Shown here: positions 23,663-33,470 of the stretch, one piece after another | How positions within the stretch are numbered: the first letter of the stretch is position 1 | Layout: every line of letters begins with the position of its first letter | DNA from: an uncultured Acidobacteriota bacterium | GTDB lineage: Bacteria; Acidobacteriota; UBA6911 | Direction of reading: 5' to 3' | Assembly: GCA_963827655.1 (NCBI GenBank) | Contig: CAWHCF010000020.1 | Coordinates: 160,001-224,000, forward strand | DNA: 64,000 bases | Translations under genes and position numbers: made by a program | The notes under the pieces: generated by a model | What the model was told of the DNA's origin: nothing | The model's input: only the letters and a program-made list of their open reading frames with translations | The model's database searches: none

Positions 23663-23728
23663 CTTTGTGCCTTCGCGTCCTGGTGGTATTTGTTCACCGC
23701 ACTAACCACGAAGACTCGAAGACGCTAG
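23663..23728. repeat. 8-nt-period REP-like hairpin between convergent genes
   Basis: Reverse complement reads tcttcgtggttagtgcggtgaacaaataccacc, matching the 12035/15918 core. Confidence 0.78.
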
Positions 23729-24162
23729 GACCCAATGTCCTCGTGCCAGAGGTCCGGGCGGGCGCGGATGAAATCGGCCATGAGCCGGATGCATTCCGCG
23801 TCATTCCAGACCACCAGTTCAACGCCTCGCGAGCGAAGGTAGTCTTCGGGTCCTCTGAAGGTCTGGTTTTCACCCACCACGATCTTCGGAATCCCGTAAA
23901 GCAGCGCGGTCCCGCTGCACATGTCGCAGGGCGACAGCGTGGAGTAAAGCACGGCTCGCCCGTAATCGCGGGACCGGAGCCTTCCGGCGTTCTCGATGCA
24001 GTCCATTTCCGCGTGCAGGATGGCACTCCCCTTCTGGACGCGCCGATTGTGCCCCCGGCCCACGATCCTTCCATCGATGACCAGGACCGATCCTATCGGA
24101 ATGCCTCCTTCGGCGAGGCCTTGCTTGGCCTCGATGATTGCCGCTTCCAAAAACGGATCCAC
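23725..24162 (-). CDS. Cytosine deaminase-like protein (cytidine deaminase superfamily, fungal FCY1-like)
   Basis: HAE and PCDMC Zn motifs; GGIPIG, GHNRRVQKGS and WHEDIG. Confidence 0.88.
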   Translation of the reverse strand: MDPFLEAAIIEAKQGLAEGGIPIGSVLVIDGRIVGRGHNRRVQKGSAILHAEMDCIENAGRLRSRDYGRAVLYSTLSPCDMCSGTALLYGIPKIVVGENQTFRGPEDYLRSRGVELVVWNDAECIRLMADFIRARPDLWHEDIGS

Positions 24163-24202
24163 GGCGCTTGCTCCTGCCGGCTTTTTCAGAATCCTTGTAC
24201 TT

Positions 24203-24444
24203 AGGGCTACGCGCAGAAATAACTTCTACATTTTTGCGCGAGAGTCGGTTGTCAATCATGAACCGCTTTCTGGTCGCTAAGCACGCTGAGGATCGCGCCC
24301 CTTCGGGCTGCGGCCCCAGGCCCGCTGGCTTTCTCTGCACGCGACTCTGACGTAGCGCACAGGGTACGAATCGTCGACTCGCGTGCCTCGCCAGCGGGCC
24401 TGGGGGCCTGCAGCAGAATGCAAACTTATTTCTGCGCGAACCCT
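24203..24444. mobile_element. MITE-like element with terminal inverted repeats and an internal hairpin
   Basis: Left agggctacgcgcagaaataa, right ttatttctgcgcgaaccct; internal ccccaggcccgctggc / gccagcgggcctgggg; partial second copy at 37608-37708. Confidence 0.75.
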
Positions 24445-24460
24445 TGGGGTTGGGTCAGGA

Positions 24461-25801
24461 TCAGGGCACCGGAATATCGGGCCGCCGCTCCTTCCAGGTG
24501 CGCGCCTTCATGTCGCCCAGCCACGGCTGTACGATTGTGCGATCCAGGTGCAGTTCGGCCAGAGCCAGAGGTTGCTTCGCCGTAGCTTCGGCAAGCACGC
24601 TTCCGGTCGGGTCCACGATGAAGGTCTTCATGTCGTAGCTGGAGGTTACGACGAATATGTGATTCTCGATCGCCCGCGCTTGAGCGAGCACCTCGCTTCC
24701 ACCCCAGATGGGAAGCAGGATGACCTCGGCGCCCTTGAGCGCAAGGGCACGCCACGGTTCCGGAAACTGCAGGTCCCAGCAGATCAACAACCCCACATTG
24801 CCAAAGTCCGTTCTGAACACGGGATAGGAATCACCGGGAGTGAGACCTCCTTCGAACTCTTCGCGGGGCAGGTGGGTCTTGCGATATTTGCCTGCGATTT
24901 CGCCCTTTCGTCCGATGAGGACCGCGGTGTTGTAAATCGCGGCGCCGTCCCGCTCATAGATTCCGGCGACGATATATGAATTCAGTTTTTTCGCCAGATC
25001 GCTCAACCTCTGGCTGGTCGGTCCCGGAACCGGTTCGCTGACCTCTGCATAGGATCTTCCGTTGCCGATGAGCGTGATCCCCTCGGGCAGACAGATGATA
25101 TCGGGCCGCTGCGCCGCGGCAGCTTCGACCATGCGGCTAAACTGTTCCAGGTTCTCGGCGGCGGACTTTGTTCCGCGCGGCCGGTGGTAAATGGTCGCGG
25201 CCCGGACCACACGCCGGCGAGGGGAGGGATCTTCAAGGAGCTGGATGTCATCCCACCAGACCGTTCCTCCGGCGCACCAGCCAAGGGTGAGATGTATCAC
25301 GACGCTCTGAGCCTTGTCCGGCGCAGAAGCGACATACTCGGTTTTCGTCCACCCCGCGTCCGTGCCGGCCTCGGGAACGTAATCGGGCGGGCGCGCCCGG
25401 TTTCCTCGAGCATCCAGCCACTCGAGCCGGGCGGCCACGGAGCGCATCTCATGTTGGATGCCCTTCGTCCGGTAGTAAGCAATGAATCGATAGCTCCGTC
25501 CGGCAACGATGTTGCCCACGCTACATCGCCACGCCCCGAACGCAGCCGGGTTGCTGTTGCCCTCGATCCGCAAAGATCCGCGGCCGCTGCGTCCAGCGCC
25601 CGGATCCACGGCGAAGCGTGGCGCAATCTCGGGGCGCGGCGACCATTGAGTCCAACCCTCGGGAGCTCCGTTCGACTCCTTCATCTGGGCGAAATCGCGG
25701 AAATGGGCAAGGACTCGTGACGAGGGCGCGCTGGGCGCCGCTCCACCGCATAGTCCAAACACTACCAGCACACTTGACCCCATCCAGTGCAGCTTGCGCA
25801 T
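24461..25801 (-). CDS. Secreted carbon-nitrogen hydrolase (nitrilase family) with an N-terminal beta-sandwich/CBM-like domain
   Basis: ICLPE, KYRKTHL and ICWD give the E-K-C triad; signal peptide; N-domain ends GTVWWDDIQL. Confidence 0.85.
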   Translation of the reverse strand: MRKLHWMGSSVLVVFGLCGGAAPSAPSSRVLAHFRDFAQMKESNGAPEGWTQWSPRPEIAPRFAVDPGAGRSGRGSLRIEGNSNPAAFGAWRCSVGNIVAGRSYRFIAYYRTKGIQHEMRSVAARLEWLDARGNRARPPDYVPEAGTDAGWTKTEYVASAPDKAQSVVIHLTLGWCAGGTVWWDDIQLLEDPSPRRRVVRAATIYHRPRGTKSAAENLEQFSRMVEAAAAQRPDIICLPEGITLIGNGRSYAEVSEPVPGPTSQRLSDLAKKLNSYIVAGIYERDGAAIYNTAVLIGRKGEIAGKYRKTHLPREEFEGGLTPGDSYPVFRTDFGNVGLLICWDLQFPEPWRALALKGAEVILLPIWGGSEVLAQARAIENHIFVVTSSYDMKTFIVDPTGSVLAEATAKQPLALAELHLDRTIVQPWLGDMKARTWKERRPDIPVP

Positions 25802-26148
25802 TTTTGCAAATCCTCCTCAGGGAGCGGTTGGCCCTGTCCCCCAGCCTTTTACCACAAAGACGCGAAGACGCTAAGTATTTGGATGCTCCGGAAATTCGGC
25901 CCAGCTCCCGCAGACTGGAATTCTCACCGAAATTTTACCTTTTCATCATGACTTGTCCTTTAGGCATTATCTATATAGGTTGTGAGAGTTCGGTCGTGCA
26001 AGTGGTATACTTTAGACTCGTTCGACAGTCCGGCCGGGTGGCCTTTAACTCGCGTTGATTTCGGCTGCTGGACGCGCTATCGATATCGAACTAAGGGTCA
26101 GGCAATTAATTTTGTGAGTTTGCGACCGGCATGGATGGAGAGCTCAAC

Positions 26149-26553
26149 ATGAAAAACCCCAGAATGAAATTTGTAGTCGGTGCAGTGGTGATTTTGACAG
26201 CGCTGGCCTGGCTGGGATTCGTAGGATTCCAGGAGAGCAAGGCCTACTACATCACCGTGGACGAGTTCAGCGCAATTCAAAGGGACGTCCATGGGAAGAC
26301 TCTGAAGGTCGCGGGCGATGTGCTTGCAGGTTCGATCAACCGAGCCAAAACGCCGATGGAGTTCGTCATCGGTCACAACGGGAAGAGCCTCAAGGTCCAC
26401 TACGTCGGGAAGGAGTTCATTCCAGACACCTTCAAAGACGGGGCCAAGGCCGTGGTCGAAGGAACTATGGCTGGCGATGGGACTTTCCAGGCCAAGCATA
26501 TCGAGGCCAAATGCGCCTCCAAGTACGAGGCGGAATACGAAAGTCGCAGTTAA
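26149..26553 (+). CDS. ccmE: Cytochrome c maturation heme chaperone CcmE, Cys variant
   Basis: N-terminal TM, YYITVDE, PDTFKDG and AKCASKY (CxxxY). Confidence 0.9.
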   Translation: MKNPRMKFVVGAVVILTALAWLGFVGFQESKAYYITVDEFSAIQRDVHGKTLKVAGDVLAGSINRAKTPMEFVIGHNGKSLKVHYVGKEFIPDTFKDGAKAVVEGTMAGDGTFQAKHIEAKCASKYEAEYESRS

Positions 26554-26617
26554 GCGGTAGGCGGTAGGCAGTGAGATCGCTGCCTGCTGTTTACTGCCTA
26601 CTGCTTATCGCCTACTG
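26554..26617. repeat. Inverted heptamer arrays (gcggtag / ctgccta)
   Basis: gcggtaggcggtaggcagt followed by actgcctactgc and cgcctactg. Confidence 0.75.
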
Positions 26618-26623
26618 TTTGTT

Positions 26624-28662
26624 ATGAGCAATTTCGGAAACTTCTGCCTGCTTCTTGCTTTCTGCCTGACGGTGTATTCGGTGTTTGCCGCCGTGGTGGG
26701 CGCGCTGCAAAAACAACATCGCATTGTGCGCAGCGCCGAGCGCGCGGCGATCGCAGCCTGCGGAAGCATCGCGCTTGCGCTCTTTTCCCTGATCTACCTG
26801 CTGGTCACCAGCGACTTCACCGTATCTCACGTCGCGAGCGCCACGAACCGCGACCTGCCGGTGTACTACAAAATTGCGGCCCTCTGGGGAGCCCATAACG
26901 GATCCATGCTCCTCTGGGTCTTCGTGACGTCGATTTTTAGCGGCATCGTAATCTTCCAGAACCGGTTCCGCTATCGCGACATGATGCCCTATGTCATCGC
27001 CGTCCTGATGGTCAATCTCTCGTTCTTTCTCTTCTTGAACCTGTTCATGTCGAATCCCTTCGAGCAGCTTGTGCAGGTGCAGGCCGATGGGACCATGCAG
27101 AGTTTTGTGCCGCGCGACGGACGAGGATTGAACCCGGCTCTGCAGTACTGGGCGATGATCATCCATCCTCCAATCCTTTACCTCGGGTTCATCGGCTTCG
27201 TGGTCCCGTTTTCGTTTGCCATCGGGGCTCTGGCCACCAAACAGCTGGGAGAGACATGGATTCGCACGACCCGACGGTGGACGCTGGTTCCCTGGATGTT
27301 CCTGGGTACGGGGCTCATCCTGGGTGGCAGATGGGCCTATGAAGAGCTGGGGTGGGGTGGGTACTGGGCGTGGGACCCCGTGGAGAACGCGTCCTTGATG
27401 CCGTGGTTGACCGGAACTGCATTCCTTCACTCGGTAATTGTTCAGGAGCGCAAAGGAATGCTGAAGGTTTGGAACGTTCTCCTGATTACCGTTACCTACC
27501 TGCTCGGGGTATTTGGAACCTTCATCACTCGCAGCGGCATCGTCAACTCGGTTCATGCCTTTGCGGACTCTTCGCTGGGACCCTTCTTCCTCGTCTACAT
27601 GTCTTTGGTTTTTTGCGCTAGTTTGTACTTGATCATCGATCGCCTTCCCTACCTCAAGACTGAGCGGCCGCTGGATTCGGTTTTGTCTCGCGAAAGCGCC
27701 TTCATGTTCAACAACTTCATCCTGCTCGTCGCCTGTTTTTCGGTATTTTGGGGGACCATGTTTCCGATCCTTTCGGAATGGGTGCAGGGGACGAAGATAA
27801 CCGTCGGCGCGCCGTTCTTCAATAATGTCAACATTCCGATCGGTCTGTTTCTTCTGCTGCTCACCGGCATCGGGCCGCTGTTTGCCTGGCGAAAAACCTC
27901 GGTGGAGAGCCTCAAGAAGGCGTTCTTCTGGCCTGTCATTCTCTCGATCCTGACCTGCGTGACGTTGATAGCCTTTGGCCTGCGCAACTTCTATGCGGCG
28001 GTGTCGTTCACGCTGTGCGTCTTCGTCTTTGCCACGATTTTCCAGGAGTTCTACAAGGGCGCCATGGTACGCGCCCGGAACACGGGGGAGAGGTTTGTCG
28101 GCGCGCTCTGGTGAATCTTACCTTGAAGAACAAACGGCGCTACGGCGGCTACATTGTGCACTTTGCCATCGTCGTAATCTTCGTCGGCCTTACCGGGAAT
28201 GCCTTCAACGTCGAGGAGAAGAAGCTGCTGAAGCGAGGCGATGAGATGCAGATCGGGCGCTACATGCTGCGGCTGACCGACTATCACGAAGGGGACACTC
28301 CCAATTATCGGTACGCCAACCTCACGATGGAGGCCTACAAGGACGGAAAGTTTCTTCGGACGATGAAGCCGGAGAAGCGCGCGTACAAGCATGGTGATCA
28401 GCAGACGATGACCGAAGTGGAGGTCTACAGCACCGCCAAGGAAGATCTGTACGTGGTTTTTACCGGCCCGACCAATGATGGCAAGGCGTATGAAATTACG
28501 GTCTTCGTCAATCCGCTCGTGTTTTGGGTCTGGGCCGGCGCCGTCATCATGGTGCTTGGAACTCTTGTGACCTTGCTGCCGGACCGCAAGGGCGCCTTTG
28601 CCTCGCCACGGCTGGGATTGGGAGAAGCCGCCACCGTTGAAGAGGGTTTGAACATAGAATAG
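26624..28662 (+). CDS. ccmF: Heme lyase CcmF (frameshift near 28110)
   Basis: HPPILYLG, WGGYWAWDPVENASL and SVHAF motifs; C-terminal part lies in ORF 28015-28662. Confidence 0.93.
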
Positions 28663-28679
28663 CGACGACTCGCCACGAA

Positions 28680-28899
28680 GAGGCTGTCGCAAGACGACCC
28701 GATACATGTGCGGACGGGCTATCAAGCCCGTCCGGCACCCAAGTGGCACAAAAGAACTTTTTAAGGCTAAATCCTCCCGATCACTTACGGGTCTGTACCT
28801 TAGCGCCATCGGGCGTGCTGATGACCCGTGCCGCCACATAAGGCTTTGGAAATTGTCTGGGCCACATTCCAGCGTCGAGCTGACTTTTGCGACGGTCTC
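28680..28899. mobile_element. MITE-like element of about 220 bp inside the ccm operon
   Basis: Inverted ends gaggctgtcgcaaga and ttttgcgacggtctc; internal hairpin cggacgggct-atca-agcccgtccg. Confidence 0.7.
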
Positions 28900-28932
28900 A
28901 CAAAGACCCGAAGCCGCGAACCATCATCAAGC

Positions 28933-29400
28933 ATGAAAGTTAGAATTCTAATCCTGCTGGCTGCTCTGCTTGCGACCGTTCCGTCCCTGCCCGCTCCTGA
29001 TGCCCGGGATATTGAAAAGGGGTACAGGGAAGTAGGAGCAAAGCTGACCTGCCAGTGCGGTTGTCGCGAGCAGATTACCAAATGCGGCATGCAGAACTGT
29101 GGTTCGGCCACTCCCATTCGAGCGGAGATACGAGAAAAGCTCAAAGCCGGTATGGGGGTGGAGCCGATCGTGGAAAGCTTCGTGGCCCGCATGGGGAAGC
29201 AAGTTCTGGCAGCGCCCCCCATGGAAGGTTTCGACCTGACGGCGTGGATCGTGCCTTTTGCGATGCTCGGGCTGGGGCTCGTTCTGGTCGGGTGGATCGT
29301 GGTGAAGATGCGCCACCCGGCTGAACCGGTCGAGGAAATTACAGCGGCGCAGGACGCGCGCGTCGAGAATGAACTCAGAGATTTCGAAGAGGAGAGCTGA
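28933..29400 (+). CDS. ccmH: CcmH-like cytochrome c biogenesis protein
   Basis: Signal peptide, LTCQCGC, VLAAPP and AWIVP followed by a TM helix. Confidence 0.85.
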   Translation: MKVRILILLAALLATVPSLPAPDARDIEKGYREVGAKLTCQCGCREQITKCGMQNCGSATPIRAEIREKLKAGMGVEPIVESFVARMGKQVLAAPPMEGFDLTAWIVPFAMLGLGLVLVGWIVVKMRHPAEPVEEITAAQDARVENELRDFEEES

Positions 29401-29846
29401 TGTTTTACGTCGCGTGCGCGGCTCTGGCGGCGCTGGCCGGTTTCTATGTCCTCATCCCGCTCTTCAAGGAGCCTAAAGGGAATCTCGAAGTCGAGTTGCT
29501 GGCCGAGACTGAACTGGATCGCCTGCTGAATCGCAAAGCCATCGTGTACACGAATCTCAAAGACCTGGATTTCGAGTACAAGCTGGGCCGGCTGTCCGAT
29601 GCCGATTTCCAGCGGCTGGAAGCCGGCTACAAGGCGGAGGCCGCCCAAATTCTGCAGCAGCTGGACCAGCTGGGAGTGGAAAAAAACATCGACGAGACTA
29701 TCGAGAGGGATGTTGCCACCCGGCGGTCGAAGCTTTTCTCCTCCGCATCCCCGGCATCGGCCCAGAGCGCAACCCGTTGCCCTGCCTGCGGGACTGCCAC
29801 GATTGCCGGGAAGAAGTTCTGCGCCGACTGCGGTCACCAACTCTAG
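29400..29846 (+). CDS. CcmI-N-like membrane protein with a C-terminal zinc ribbon
   Basis: TM helix, LKDLDFEYKLGRLSDADF, CPACG and FCADCG. Confidence 0.75.
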   Translation: MFYVACAALAALAGFYVLIPLFKEPKGNLEVELLAETELDRLLNRKAIVYTNLKDLDFEYKLGRLSDADFQRLEAGYKAEAAQILQQLDQLGVEKNIDETIERDVATRRSKLFSSASPASAQSATRCPACGTATIAGKKFCADCGHQL

Positions 29847-29847
29847 T

Positions 29848-30070
29848 GATTGACGATTTACGATTGACGATTTACGATTTGAACCGCCGTTGACCGTCCA
29901 TTTAGTGGTTCAATCGTCAATCGTCATGCGGATTTACGATTGGGGATCAGCCGTGATCCGAACGCCGAGCAGGATTGACGATTTACGATTTACGATTTAC
30001 GATTTGAGACCGGCTGCCAACCGCGCGCCTAGGGGTTTAATCGTCAATCGTCAATCGTCAATCGTCAATC
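29848..30070. repeat. Inverted heptamer arrays GATT(G/T)AC / GTCAATC in two hairpin-forming pairs (also 31274-31290)
   Basis: 29848-29880 versus 29910-29925; 29973-30005 versus 30039-30070. Confidence 0.9.
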
Positions 30071-30075
30071 TGAGC

Positions 30076-31263
30076 GTGGCTGCTAAGGTCTTGGTCCTTT
30101 TGTTTATGATCAGCTGCACTCTCCACGCTCAGGGCGGCGGGGTTGTAGAAGGGAAGCTGGTGAACGGGACCGATCCTCGAATTGTGGGCGCCGGTATTGA
30201 TCTGGAGGTCATCAGGCTCGGGGGCGGAATGACCGTCTTGAAATCTGCGGTGTCCGATTCCGCGGGCCGTTTTCGGTTTGAAGGACTTCCTACCGATGCG
30301 CCCTTGTTGATCCGGGCCAACTACAAGTCCGTGAATTACCACGGCAGGGTAGACTTCGGTGCTTCGAGCAAGGCCACGGTTGAAATTGAGATTTATGAAA
30401 CAACAACCTCGATGAAGGGAATACGGATCGAAGATATCCGGCTCGGGTTCAAGCTCGAAGGCGAGCATCTGCTGTCCCTGGAAACCTGCTCGTTCGTCAA
30501 CGAAACCAACCCCAAGAAGACGTTCATGAGCATGGAAGGGAATTTTCGCTTTTCGAAAGCTCAGGGAATCGAATCGCCTCCACAGTTGACCGTTACCGGA
30601 CCGGGTGCAGCCATGCCGCTCAATCAGCCGCCTCTGGAGAGCGCCGACGGCCAGAGTTACTACAGCCTGTACCCGCTCCGTCCCGGCAAGACCAGGTTCG
30701 AGCTGGAACAGACGCTCCCGTATCACGACCGCAGCTATACCTATCGTAAGAAGTTCTATCAGGACATTCCTGCCTACCAGATCGGAGTCATTCCTCGAGA
30801 CATGGAACTGAAAGGAGATGGCTTGCAGAGGTTCCATGACGACCAGAAGATGAATTTCGCTTTCTACAGCGGCAGTCCGGTGAAAGCTGGAACCGAGGTG
30901 GCTTGGGTTTTTGCAGGGGGTACGCCTGTGGCTGCCGAGGCGGCGGATGACTCTGGCGAATCACGCATCAAGCCTTTTCCCACTGAAATCGGCCAACGCG
31001 CGCTGTTGATCGGCCCTCTGCTGCTCATGGCGCTTATCGCGGTTCTGTGGTACGCCTTCAACAGCATTCCAGCCAAGGTATCGAAATCGCAGGATCCGCG
31101 CATTAAAGAGCTGAAGGAACGACGCGATCGTCTGTTGAACCTGGTTGCCACTCTGGATCACCGTCATGAGGACCGCGCCCTGGAGCGCCGAGACTATGTC
31201 CGGCTGCGAGAGCAGGCAAAAAGCCAGTTGCGACGTATCGCGTTGCTCCTGGGAAAAAAGTAA
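30076..31263 (+). CDS. Exported carboxypeptidase-regulatory-like domain protein with a C-terminal TM anchor, within the ccm operon
   Basis: Leader ending LHAQG, SDSAGRFRFEGLP, TM helix and a CcmI-like tail; the ORF extension to 29890 is translated repeat. Confidence 0.7.
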   Translation: MAAKVLVLLFMISCTLHAQGGGVVEGKLVNGTDPRIVGAGIDLEVIRLGGGMTVLKSAVSDSAGRFRFEGLPTDAPLLIRANYKSVNYHGRVDFGASSKATVEIEIYETTTSMKGIRIEDIRLGFKLEGEHLLSLETCSFVNETNPKKTFMSMEGNFRFSKAQGIESPPQLTVTGPGAAMPLNQPPLESADGQSYYSLYPLRPGKTRFELEQTLPYHDRSYTYRKKFYQDIPAYQIGVIPRDMELKGDGLQRFHDDQKMNFAFYSGSPVKAGTEVAWVFAGGTPVAAEAADDSGESRIKPFPTEIGQRALLIGPLLLMALIAVLWYAFNSIPAKVSKSQDPRIKELKERRDRLLNLVATLDHRHEDRALERRDYVRLREQAKSQLRRIALLLGKK

Positions 31264-31337
31264 ACTCGTTGGAATTGACGATTGACGATTGGACCCCAGG
31301 ATCCACGGGGCACCGTCAACAACTGGCTCGATTGCCA

Positions 31338-32048
31338 ATGATCGAGGTGCGGGGGGTCGCGAAGTATTTCGGCAGGTTCTCTGCGCTGCGAGATCTGCAC
31401 CTCACCGTAGCATCTGGAGAATTTGTTGCGCTTTTCGGTCGAAATGGCGCCGGGAAGACTACGTTGCTCCGGATCGTCGCAGGTCTGACGCGTCCCTCCT
31501 CAGGTACGGTTCTGATCCACGCTGCTTCGGGCCAATCTCCGGTGGCGGCCCGGGGCCTGATCGGATACTTGTCCCATAACACATCTCTCTATGGTGATCT
31601 GACCGCTGTAGAGAATCTTCAGTTTTACGCCAGACTCCTGGGTTTGCCCTGCGGCCGCGCCGATCTCGATTTCCAGATCGAGCGCGTCGGCTTGTCGGGG
31701 CGCGGAGATGAAGCGGTGCGCAACTATTCCCGCGGCATGCAACAGCGACTGGCCATCGCGCGCGCTTTCCTGCACGATCCCGCGATTCTTCTTCTCGACG
31801 AACCATTCACGGGTCTCGACCAGACCGGGACGGAGTTCCTCAAGGGATTCCTCCGTCAGGCGCATGCCCGTGGAAAAACCTGCCTCATGGCAACCCACGA
31901 CGCGTCGTCAGGGTATGAGCTGGCCGACCGTCTGGTGGTTGTAGAAAATGGGGTGGTGGCCCTGGATATTTCGCGGCGGAGCTTCAGCCTCGAAGAATTC
32001 CAATCGCGCTACCGGGCGCTCGCGGGAGAGCAGGGGCATGCTGTCTAA
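31338..32048 (+). CDS. ccmA: Heme ABC exporter ATPase CcmA
   Basis: GRNGAGKT, YSRGMQQRL and LLLDEP. Confidence 0.92.
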   Translation: MIEVRGVAKYFGRFSALRDLHLTVASGEFVALFGRNGAGKTTLLRIVAGLTRPSSGTVLIHAASGQSPVAARGLIGYLSHNTSLYGDLTAVENLQFYARLLGLPCGRADLDFQIERVGLSGRGDEAVRNYSRGMQQRLAIARAFLHDPAILLLDEPFTGLDQTGTEFLKGFLRQAHARGKTCLMATHDASSGYELADRLVVVENGVVALDISRRSFSLEEFQSRYRALAGEQGHAV

Positions 32049-32709
32049 GGTCTGGACCGTCTTCCGTAAAGATCTCCTTATAGAGCTGCGCACCAAGGAT
32101 TCGCTCAACATGATGCTGTTCTTCGGCATCGTGGTCCTCGTGATCTTCAATTTTGCGCTGGAGTCGATCCGCGATTCGATCCGTTCGGCCGTCCCAGGCG
32201 TGCTCTGGGTAGCGTTTGTTTTTTCCGGCACGCTCGGCTTGAACCGGATGTTTGCGGCCGAAAAAGAAAACAGCTGCCTGCAGGGTCTTCTGATGGTTCC
32301 CGTCGATCGCGGAGTCATCTACCTGGGGAAGATGCTGGCGGCGACGGTCTTCATGCTGATCACTGAGATAGTGATCTTTGTTTTCAGCCTGGTCTTTTTC
32401 AACCTCACCATCTGGGCTGAAGTGCCCTACATCATTTTGGTATCCTTAATAGGCACTTTGGGCTTTACGGCCGTGGGAGTGCTGCTGTCGGCGATCTCGA
32501 TCAATACAAGAATGCGTGAAGTATTTCTACCATTGATCCTGTTTCCCGTGGTTCTGCCGATAATCATCAATGCTGTGGAGGCGACCTCGGTTATTCTCAA
32601 CACCGTCGACTACCGGCTCTTGAACATGCCGCTGACGATCATGTCCGTGTTTACCATCGTGTTTGTAGTTCTGTCGTATCTGCTCTTTGACTATGTCCTG
32701 GAGGACTAG
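32038..32709 (+). CDS. ccmB: Heme exporter permease CcmB
   Basis: KDLLIELR, PGVLWVAF and LPLILFPVVLP. Confidence 0.92.
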   Translation: MLSKVWTVFRKDLLIELRTKDSLNMMLFFGIVVLVIFNFALESIRDSIRSAVPGVLWVAFVFSGTLGLNRMFAAEKENSCLQGLLMVPVDRGVIYLGKMLAATVFMLITEIVIFVFSLVFFNLTIWAEVPYIILVSLIGTLGFTAVGVLLSAISINTRMREVFLPLILFPVVLPIIINAVEATSVILNTVDYRLLNMPLTIMSVFTIVFVVLSYLLFDYVLED

Positions 32710-32713
32710 GAGT

Positions 32714-33403
32714 ATGAACAGGGATAGACACGACCGCGTCGATACCGTTTTACTCGCCCTGCTTGTGGTCGGTATGATTCTGGCGCTCTACATGGCCTTT
32801 CTTCAAACGCCCAGGGAAAGCACCATGGGCGATCTCCAAAGAATCTTCTATTTCCATGTTCCGGCGGGAATCACCGGTCTTACGGCATTTACCCTCAATT
32901 TCGTCTGTTCCTTGATGTACCTGATCCGAAGGAACCGGTGGTGGGACAATCTGGGACTCTCGGCGGCGGAGGTGGGAGTGATGTTCATGACCATGGTCAT
33001 GATAACGGGCCCGCTCTGGGCCAAACCGGCATGGTTTGTCTGGTGGGCCTGGACTCCGCGGCTTACGTCTTCCCTGATCCTGTGGCTGCTTTATGTGGCC
33101 TACCTCCTGGTGCGCAACTACGTCCCGGATCCCGATCGCCGCGCCATGATGTCTGCGGTATTCGGCATCGTCGCTTTCGTCGACGCGCCCATCGTCTGGT
33201 TCTCGATCCGATGGTGGCGCGACATTCATCCGGCGCCGATGCTGGAAACCGGCGGATTGTCACCGTCGATGCGCCCGGCTCTCTGGATCTGCTGGCTGGT
33301 TTTCCAGATTCTGTTCATTTACCTGCTCCGCCGGCGCTTTTTCCTGGAATCGACGCGAGAGGAAGTGGAGTGGCTGGTACGGCGCGCAGAAACGGCCCGC
33401 TAG
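32714..33403 (+). CDS. ccmC: Heme exporter CcmC
   Basis: RIFYFHVP, WAKPAWFVWWAWTPRLT (WWD domain) and WWRDIHP. Confidence 0.92.
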   Translation: MNRDRHDRVDTVLLALLVVGMILALYMAFLQTPRESTMGDLQRIFYFHVPAGITGLTAFTLNFVCSLMYLIRRNRWWDNLGLSAAEVGVMFMTMVMITGPLWAKPAWFVWWAWTPRLTSSLILWLLYVAYLLVRNYVPDPDRRAMMSAVFGIVAFVDAPIVWFSIRWWRDIHPAPMLETGGLSPSMRPALWICWLVFQILFIYLLRRRFFLESTREEVEWLVRRAETAR

Positions 33404-33470
33404 CGTCTTTGCAGTTGGTGCCCAATGAAGCGTAAAGACGCAAAGATGCCAAGAAGGAGTCGATGAAGAC

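Noticed and set aside
29848-30070. CRISPR array
   Set aside because: These are 7-nt tandem units in alternating orientation, with no constant repeat-spacer period and no cas genes.
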